Below are positions 57,888 through 64,000 of a DNA stretch of 64,000 bases, one piece after another (positions within the stretch are counted from its first letter, which is position 1; each line of letters opens with the position of its first letter). Origin of the DNA: Candidatus Palauibacter sp. (lineage in GTDB: Bacteria; Gemmatimonadota; Gemmatimonadetes; Palauibacterales; Palauibacteraceae). The stretch covers positions 1,100,797-1,164,796 of the forward strand of contig NZ_OZ244149.1 in assembly GCF_965216145.1 (NCBI RefSeq), written 5' to 3'. A program made the position numbers and the translations under genes. Below the pieces are notes generated by a model, which worked only from the letters and a program-made list of their open reading frames with translations, was not told the origin of the DNA and made no database searches.

Positions 57888-58928
57888 GTGAAGATTGGGC
57901 TCGTGGGTTTCGCGGGTTCCGGGAAGACGACGGTGTTCAACGCGATGACGGGGCTCGGCGTGCCGGTCGGGTTCGGCGGCGAGGTGCGGCTGGGGACGGT
58001 CAGTGTTCCGGATGCGCGCGTCGACGCGCTCAGCGCCCACTACTCCCCCCGCAAGACGACGTACGCGGAGATGCGCTTCTGCGACATCCCGGGCGAGTAC
58101 GGCGCGGCGATGAAGGGTCTTTCGCCGCGCGCGCTCCAGCAGATCCGCGAGCAGGAGGCGCTGTGCCTGGTGCTGCGGGACTTCGACAACCCGGCGCTCG
58201 CGGTGCCGGCCGACCCGGCCGGCGCACTCGAAGCGTTCGGGACGGAGTGTCTGCTCGCGGACCTCGACATCGTCGAGCGACGGCTGGACCGGGCGCGCAA
58301 GGAGCGCGCGGACCCGGTCGAGATCGCGGCCTTCGAGCGGGCTCGGGATACGCTGGAGCGCGAGCGCCCGCTCCGGACCGTCCCGCGCACCGAGCTGGGC
58401 CGGACGCCGTTCCGCGGCTACGGCCTCCTGACCTATCGTCCGCTGCTCGTGCTGCTCAACCGCAGCGAAGCGCGGGCCGGGGAGGCGCTGCCGCCCGAGT
58501 TGGCCACGCGGCTCGACGCCGTCGGCGCGGCCGGGCTGGCGCTGTCCGCACCCGTGGAGGCGGAGATCGCCGACCTGGAGACCGGAGACCGGGCCGCGTT
58601 CGTGGAGGCGCTCGGCCTGCGCGAGCCGGCCCTCGAGCGTTTCATCCGGACGGCCCACGGCCTGCTCGATCTGATCTCGTTCTTCACGGTCGGCCCCGAC
58701 GAGGTGCGCGCGTGGACCATTCGTCGCGGCACCCGGGCGCGGAGGGCGGCGGGCCGCATTCACTCCGATCTCGAGCGCGGCTTCATCCGCGCCGAGGTCA
58801 TCCCCTACGCGACGTTCGCGGCCCACGGCTCGGAACAGGCGGTGAAGGAGGCGGGTCTCCTGCAGGTCGAAGGGAAGGACTACGTCGTCGCGGACGGAGA
58901 CATGCTCCACATCCGCTTCAACGTCTGA
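57888..58928 (+). CDS. ychF: ribosome-binding ATPase YchF (Obg family, TGS C-terminal domain)
   Basis: GxxGxGKT P-loop MKIGLVGFAGSGKTTVFNAM. EVRAWTIRRGTRARRAAGRIHSDLERGFIRAEV and KDYVVADGDMLHIRFNV align closely with YchF. Confidence 0.8.
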   Translation: MKIGLVGFAGSGKTTVFNAMTGLGVPVGFGGEVRLGTVSVPDARVDALSAHYSPRKTTYAEMRFCDIPGEYGAAMKGLSPRALQQIREQEALCLVLRDFDNPALAVPADPAGALEAFGTECLLADLDIVERRLDRARKERADPVEIAAFERARDTLERERPLRTVPRTELGRTPFRGYGLLTYRPLLVLLNRSEARAGEALPPELATRLDAVGAAGLALSAPVEAEIADLETGDRAAFVEALGLREPALERFIRTAHGLLDLISFFTVGPDEVRAWTIRRGTRARRAAGRIHSDLERGFIRAEVIPYATFAAHGSEQAVKEAGLLQVEGKDYVVADGDMLHIRFNV

Positions 58929-58993
58929 TCCGCCTCCCGGCCGGGCGCGGCGGCGGCGTCCGACGTTCCCGCTGGAACGCGCCCGTCCGCGAC

Positions 58994-60037
58994 CTATTCT
59001 TCGAGCAGCGTCTCGATGTGGGCGGCGGTCGCGAGCGCCGTGCCGTCCAGGTTGTAGCCGCCCTCCAGCAGCGAGACGAGGCGGCCTTCGCAGCAGGCGT
59101 CCGCGTAGTCCATCGCCAGGCGCGTCATGCGCCGGAAGGCGTCGTCCGTGAGGGCGAAGCACCCGAGGAGATCGTCCTGCCGGCTGTCGAACCCCGCCGA
59201 GACGATCACGAAATCCGGATCGAAGGCGGCGACGGCCGGAGAGAGCGTGTCATCCCAGCGGCCCAGCATGTCAGCGTCGGTGGCACCGCAGTCCAGGTGC
59301 ACATTGATGTTGAGCCCGCTCCCCTCGCCTTCCCCGGTGAGCGACGGGTCGCCGGTGCGCGGGTAGGCGGCCCAGTCGTGCGCGGAGAAGAAGAGCACCG
59401 AAGGGTCGTCGTAGAAGGCGTTCTGCGTCGCGTTCCCGTGGTGGTAGTCCCAGTCGATGACGAGCACGCGCTCGAACCCGTATGCCTGCTGCGCGTACTT
59501 CGCGGCGACGGCGGCGTTGCTGTAGTAGCAGAAGCCTTCCTCGGCGCCGGTGTTGTTCGCGTGATGGCCCGGGGGTCGGATCGCGCAGAAGGCGTTCAGC
59601 ACCTGGCCCGTGGCCACGGCATCGATGCCGGCGAGCGCCCCGGACACGGCGAGTTCCGCGACCGGCCCAGTGACGTTGAGTTCGCGGATCGCCGCCACGT
59701 GCTCCGGCGTATGGTGCGCCTCGATGTGCGGCCTCGGCTCGGCGTCCGGCGCCAAAGCGATCGTGGCCTCGTCCAGGCCGCGCGCGACGAGTTCCTCGCG
59801 GATGCGGACGAGCCGCTCGGGGATCTCGGGCGGGCGCCCGCCGTCCGGCCGGATCAGCACGTGATCCAGGTAGCGGGAATCCCACACGAGCCCGGTGCCC
59901 GTCCCCCGGGGGCGGGCGCCGCCCGGGCTCGCGCACGACCACGCCGCCGCGGGCAGCAGCCCGAGGCCCGCCGCCCCCAGCGCGGCGTCCCTGACGAATC
60001 TCCTCCGGGTGGTGGTGAACTGGCTCGTCGTGCGCAT
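58994..60037 (-). CDS. histone deacetylase / acetoin-utilisation AcuC family enzyme with Tat signal
   Basis: TTRRRFVRDAALGAAGLG Tat motif. RPPGHHA, DWDYHHGN, GFDSRQDD, EGGY catalytic motifs of the arginase/deacetylase fold. Confidence 0.8.
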   Translation of the reverse strand: MRTTSQFTTTRRRFVRDAALGAAGLGLLPAAAWSCASPGGARPRGTGTGLVWDSRYLDHVLIRPDGGRPPEIPERLVRIREELVARGLDEATIALAPDAEPRPHIEAHHTPEHVAAIRELNVTGPVAELAVSGALAGIDAVATGQVLNAFCAIRPPGHHANNTGAEEGFCYYSNAAVAAKYAQQAYGFERVLVIDWDYHHGNATQNAFYDDPSVLFFSAHDWAAYPRTGDPSLTGEGEGSGLNINVHLDCGATDADMLGRWDDTLSPAVAAFDPDFVIVSAGFDSRQDDLLGCFALTDDAFRRMTRLAMDYADACCEGRLVSLLEGGYNLDGTALATAAHIETLLEE

Positions 60038-60129
60038 GGCGGGACCCCCTTTGCTGAAACTAGACTAACCAACGCCGGCCGCGGGTCGCGAGAGTCCCGG
60101 GGCGTGTTCTTCCAACTCCGAGGTATCCC

Positions 60130-60978
60130 ATGGCTGCCCGAAACACGCGCGCGACCCCGCCGCTCCGTACCCTCTGCCTGCTGGGAGGCGTCGCGGGAGG
60201 CGTCCTCCTCTTTCACGGCTGCGGCGGCGAACCGGGCGAGTCGGACGCGGGGGAGGCCCCCGAAGCCGCTGGCGACGTGAACACACAGCTGGCCGGGCGG
60301 CTCGCGGCCGGGGACGCGATCTTCGGGCTCTTCTCCGGGGACCACACCGCCGAGGCCGGCGCCGCCATGGCCGCGACCCGCCCGCTCGATTTCGTCTTCT
60401 ACTCGCTGGAGTCCGGCCCCTTCGACATCCCCGCCCTCGAGAGCTACGCCGCCGGCATGGCGGAGGCTTCGGGCGACATGGGCACGCACCCGATGCTGCT
60501 GCGGATCCCGCCGATCCGTGACGGTCACGACGAGGCGCGGGATCGCGCGGCCCAGGGGCTGGCGGCGAGTGTGGCCGGCATCGTCTACCCGCACGTCGAG
60601 ACCGCGGAGGAGGCCGCGCTCGCCGTGGACGCCCTCGGCGACGCCGCCTGGCCAGGCAACCCGGATGGCCACCTGATCAGCTTCCTCCTGATCGAGGACC
60701 AGGTCGGGCTCGACAACGTGCGCGAGATCGTCTCGACACCGGGTGTGAGCGCCGTCTCGCCGGGGCCCGGCGACCTCCGCCGCGTCTACGACGGCGACAT
60801 GGAGAAGGTGGAGGAGGCGATCCAGATCGTGCTCGCCGCCTGCCTCGAGTTCGACGTGCCGTGCGGCGTCACGGCGAACGCGGACGACGTGGCCATGCGG
60901 ATCGAACAGGGGTTCCGCGTCATCATCGCCACTCAGCCAGAGGCCGTCGCCGCCGGGATGGCCGCCGCCGGCCGCTAG
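60130..60978 (+). CDS. HpcH/HpaI aldolase-citrate lyase family protein with N-terminal signal/lipobox
   Basis: LIEDQVGLDNVREIV and surrounding TIM-barrel motifs. Leader ...LLGGVAGGVLLFHGCGG. Confidence 0.55.
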   Translation: MAARNTRATPPLRTLCLLGGVAGGVLLFHGCGGEPGESDAGEAPEAAGDVNTQLAGRLAAGDAIFGLFSGDHTAEAGAAMAATRPLDFVFYSLESGPFDIPALESYAAGMAEASGDMGTHPMLLRIPPIRDGHDEARDRAAQGLAASVAGIVYPHVETAEEAALAVDALGDAAWPGNPDGHLISFLLIEDQVGLDNVREIVSTPGVSAVSPGPGDLRRVYDGDMEKVEEAIQIVLAACLEFDVPCGVTANADDVAMRIEQGFRVIIATQPEAVAAGMAAAGR

Positions 60979-61014
60979 CCGACGGACCAACGTGACGCTT
61001 CCTGGAGGAAAAGT

Positions 61015-62544
61015 ATGAAGTCGCTCACTGTGATCGCCGCGCTCGCACTGCTGCCCGGGGGGGGCCTCGCGCAGGACAGCTCAGACGGTGGCGCTGACCG
61101 CTCCGAGCCCCAGCCCTCTCGCTGGGAGTCGAACCATTCCATCGTCGTGAACGGGGAGACCGTCGCCTACCAGGCAGTCGTGGGCAGCGTCATCCTCCGG
61201 GATGACGAGGAGAACGCGACGGCGGAACTCTTCTACACGGGATACTTCCGCACGAACGGCGGAGACCCCTCCACGCGCCCCGTCATCTTCGCGTACAACG
61301 GGGGACCGGGGTCGGCCTCCTTCTGGCTCCATATGGGGATCATGGGGCCGCGCCGCGTGGTCACGCCGCACGTCGGCCAGCAGGCACCGCCGCCCTACCC
61401 ACTCGTCGACAACGGCTACACGCTGCTCGACATCGCTGACGTCGTGATGGTGGACCCGATCGGGACCGGCTTCAGCCGACCCGCCGGCGACGCGGACGGG
61501 AGCGATTTCTGGGGGATGGATGAGGACGCGTCCTCGCTGACGCAGTTCATCCGCCGCTTCCTGAGCGAGAACCACCGCTGGAACTCGCCGCGCTATCTCC
61601 TGGGTGAGAGCTATGGCACGACCCGGTCCGTGCTGCTGACGCGGCACCTCCAGAACGCGAACATCGATCTGAACGGGGTCGTACTCGTATCCGCCGTCAT
61701 CGATTTCAACACACTCCAGTTCCCGCCCGGATCCCACATCGGGTTCATCACGAACGTGCCGTCCTTCGCGGTCGCGGCAGCCTACCACGACCGTCTGCCC
61801 GGCGGACGCCCCGACGACCTCGAGGCGTTCATGAAGGAGGTCGAGGCGTGGGCGCTCACCGACTACGCCCAGACGCTGCTCGCGGGAACCGCCGTCGATC
61901 CCGCCCAGCGGGCCCGAGTGTTGCAGCAGATGCACGAGTACACGGGGCTCAACCTCGAATACCTCGAGAAAGCCGACCTGCGTGTTTCCGCGCCGGAGTT
62001 CGAGAAGGAGCTGCTGCGGGACCAGCGGCTCACCCTGGCCCGGCTCGACACCCGTTTCACCGGCCCCACCGGGGACCTGCTCGACACGACGCCCATCCAC
62101 GACGCCCAGTCCTCCGCGATCAGTTCCGCCTACACGTCTCTCTTCAACACCTACGTGCGGGAGGAACTCGGCTATGACGGCGACCGGGAGTACTGGCCCA
62201 GCGGCATGACCCGGAACTGGAACTGGGAGCGGGAAGGCGGTCGCCGCGGACCGTTCGGCGGCTCGGCACTCAACGTGGGACCCGACCTCGCACACGCGAT
62301 CGAACGCAACCCGCGTCTCGAGGTGCTGCTGGTCAACGGGATCTACGACTTCGCGACGCCGTACTTCCCCATCGTGTGGTCGCTGGAGCAACTGGGGCTG
62401 CCGCCGGACCTGCGTGACAACATCAGCCGCGCGGACTTCGCCGCCGGACACATGATGTACGTGGAGGAAAGCCTGCTGCCCCAATGGCGGGAGACGCTGG
62501 AAGCGTTCATCACGCGGACCTCCGGGGGCGCTCTGGTTCCGTAG
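61015..62544 (+). CDS. secreted S10 family serine carboxypeptidase
   Basis: Signal MKSLTVIAALALLPGGGLAQ. LLGESYGTT (GESYxG nucleophile motif). NGGPGSAS oxyanion region. Confidence 0.8.
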   Translation: MKSLTVIAALALLPGGGLAQDSSDGGADRSEPQPSRWESNHSIVVNGETVAYQAVVGSVILRDDEENATAELFYTGYFRTNGGDPSTRPVIFAYNGGPGSASFWLHMGIMGPRRVVTPHVGQQAPPPYPLVDNGYTLLDIADVVMVDPIGTGFSRPAGDADGSDFWGMDEDASSLTQFIRRFLSENHRWNSPRYLLGESYGTTRSVLLTRHLQNANIDLNGVVLVSAVIDFNTLQFPPGSHIGFITNVPSFAVAAAYHDRLPGGRPDDLEAFMKEVEAWALTDYAQTLLAGTAVDPAQRARVLQQMHEYTGLNLEYLEKADLRVSAPEFEKELLRDQRLTLARLDTRFTGPTGDLLDTTPIHDAQSSAISSAYTSLFNTYVREELGYDGDREYWPSGMTRNWNWEREGGRRGPFGGSALNVGPDLAHAIERNPRLEVLLVNGIYDFATPYFPIVWSLEQLGLPPDLRDNISRADFAAGHMMYVEESLLPQWRETLEAFITRTSGGALVP

Positions 62545-62568
62545 CCCGCCGGTCGCCCGCCGACAGAC

Positions 62569-63072
62569 CTACCAGATCGTCTCGTAGCGGGAGTGGGCGA
62601 GGTCCCAGTCGCGCCCGTAGACGTGCAGGCGGTTCGTCGGGCCATCCGGACCCACGAGCGGCCCGCCGGCGTGAGTCCAGGCGAGCAGGCTGCCCCGCAG
62701 GTTGAGGACCCGCCGGCCCTCGGTCGTCATGCGCCCGGCGTACACCGAACTGCGATGCCCGATCGTGCAGTACGCCACGACCGTCCGATCCGCGTAACGC
62801 TCCGGGTCCTGCTCGAATTCGTCGGAGGTGATGGAGCCGGGAATCCAGGAGATCTCCCGCTCGCGAGCCTCCCGGGCGTCGACGAGCACGACGCCTCCGG
62901 TCTCGAGCAAACGCCCGACCTCCGCCACCGTCACCGTCTCCACATCGGGAAACTGCCGCTCGACGTCATCCGACATCTGCTCCACGCGCGCCAGCTTCTC
63001 CCCGTCCGAGAGCGGGGGCGGGTTGGCGCAACTCGCCGCCGTGAAGAGGGCGAGGGCCGGAGCCAGCGCCAT
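62569..63072 (-). CDS. rhodanese-domain sulfurtransferase lipoprotein
   Basis: Leader MALAPALALFTAASC. Active-site loop CTIGHRS. Confidence 0.7.
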   Translation of the reverse strand: MALAPALALFTAASCANPPPLSDGEKLARVEQMSDDVERQFPDVETVTVAEVGRLLETGGVVLVDAREAREREISWIPGSITSDEFEQDPERYADRTVVAYCTIGHRSSVYAGRMTTEGRRVLNLRGSLLAWTHAGGPLVGPDGPTNRLHVYGRDWDLAHSRYETIW

Positions 63073-63109
63073 GGTCTGTGTTCGTCGGTGAGGTTCCATG
63101 GGTCTTCCC

Positions 63110-64000
63110 TCAGGCTGCGGCGGCGCGGGCCGCCGCCAGGCCGTTCGCCAGGGCTTCCACGAGCCGCGGAAGCGACGCCGCGGGCGTGGCGCAAAGCGCG
63201 ATCCGGACGGCGCCCTCCATGGGGACTACGTACACCCCGGCCTCGCGCATGGTCGCCGCCGTCACCCCCGCGTCGGGTGTGAACACAGAGACGAAGAAAC
63301 CGCCCTCGTAGCGCGGGTACGACAGTCCCGTGCGGCCGGCCAACTCGTTGAAGGCCGCGACCCGGCCATCCAGCAGCCGGATCATCGCGGCGCGCTCGGC
63401 GTCCGAACGCGCCCGCAACTCCGGGTCCGTGAGAAGTTCGACGGCGGCGAGCAGACCCAGATGGTTGCAGTTCGACCAGGTGGCCCGGCACGAGAACCCG
63501 AGCGCGTTCGACATTCTCTGCCGCTCGGCCGGGTCCCGATGGAGAGCCACGAGGGCGCCGACGCGCGCGCCGTAGAGAGCGAACGACTTCGAGACCGTCC
63601 ACCCCACAAGCACCGTCGCCGACTCCATCATCCGCGGGACGTAGTCGATCCAGCGGTTCGAGGCCTCGTCCCCGAACTTCGCATACGCGTGGTCGAGGAG
63701 GAACGCGATGGGCCCCCGTTCTCCCACATCCTGGACGATTTCCGCCACGGCCTCCCACTCCGCCTCGTCGAGTGAATACCCGGTCGGGTTATTGCAGGGG
63801 AAGTTGAAGAGGACGAGCGAGCGCCCCTGCTGTTCGATCTGGCCCTCGAGCCCCCTGCGGAAGGCATCGAGGTCGAGGCGGATCCCGGCGTCGAACATGT
63901 TGAAGGTCTCGACCGAGCGTCCCGAATGGGTCGAGATCGTGTGGTACGGGCCCCAGTAGTAGCTGGGCGTGAGCGCCGCCTGCCCGGGCTCGAGGAAGTT
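63110..64000 (-). CDS. class I/II pyridoxal-phosphate aminotransferase, partial (5' end beyond window)
   Basis: LVGWTVSKSFALYGARVG (PLP-lysine SKS motif). NFPCNNPTG. The ORF continues in frame past the stated 63898 to the window edge. Confidence 0.75.
   Translation of the reverse strand, partial: NFLEPGQAALTPSYYWGPYHTISTHSGRSVETFNMFDAGIRLDLDAFRRGLEGQIEQQGRSLVLFNFPCNNPTGYSLDEAEWEAVAEIVQDVGERGPIAFLLDHAYAKFGDEASNRWIDYVPRMMESATVLVGWTVSKSFALYGARVGALVALHRDPAERQRMSNALGFSCRATWSNCNHLGLLAAVELLTDPELRARSDAERAAMIRLLDGRVAAFNELAGRTGLSYPRYEGGFFVSVFTPDAGVTAATMREAGVYVVPMEGAVRIALCATPAASLPRLVEALANGLAAARAAAA

Noticed and set aside
1-64000. CRISPR arrays, IS elements/transposases, integrases, rRNA genes
   Set aside because: No short regularly spaced repeats apart from the 23-bp-spaced TTGCA set (4 units, no spacer/repeat structure). 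No DDE/HUH/tyrosine-recombinase-like ORF and no rRNA-like conserved stretch were seen.

Overview
This window is high-GC (about 70%) bacterial chromosomal DNA with dense coding, many short 4-bp gene overlaps and very little space between genes.

Domain content (DUF1592 / DUF1552 pairs, LVIVD / choice-of-anchor B proteins, many secreted peptidases and lipoproteins) suggests a Gemmatimonadota-like or related FCB-group Gram-negative organism. That is a guess, not a call.

About 50 protein-coding genes are supported.
- The first ~15 kb is a minus-strand array: VapBC toxin-antitoxin, S9 peptidase, three tandem LVIVD / choice-of-anchor-B lipoprotein paralogs, NHL-repeat lipoprotein, ankyrin-repeat protein, DUF1552, DUF1592.
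- The DUF1592-DUF1552-ankyrin triad recurs as a diverged second copy at 42.5-48.2 kb.
- Other genes:
  - PQQ sugar dehydrogenase
  - two amidohydrolases
  - GNAT
  - NhaC
  - MOSC protein
  - two NRAMP-type transporters
  - M14, S9 and S10 peptidases
  - AAA+/DUF4143 ATPase
  - DCC1-like oxidoreductase
  - tandem-TonB-C protein
  - VOC enzyme
  - frameshifted panE
  - acyl-CoA synthetase
  - PadR plus membrane partner
  - quinone oxidoreductase
  - SDR, panB, ferredoxin and P450
  - ABC substrate-binding protein
  - serine hydrolase
  - ychF
  - HDAC-family enzyme
  - HpcH aldolase
  - rhodanese
  - a partial aminotransferase at the window edge

No rRNA, CRISPR array or IS/transposase was seen.

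Non-coding structure worth noting:
- two tandem 72-nt tRNA-like elements;
- a 15-bp tandem repeat encoding a ~44-residue polyproline run;
- two copies of a ~160-bp intergenic cassette;
- four TTGCA direct repeats at exact 23-bp spacing;
- a palindromic PadR-type operator;
- a lower-GC ~600-bp leader upstream of the first DUF1592 operon.

Most hand-derived coordinates are good to a few nucleotides. ORF-track coordinates are used where possible.
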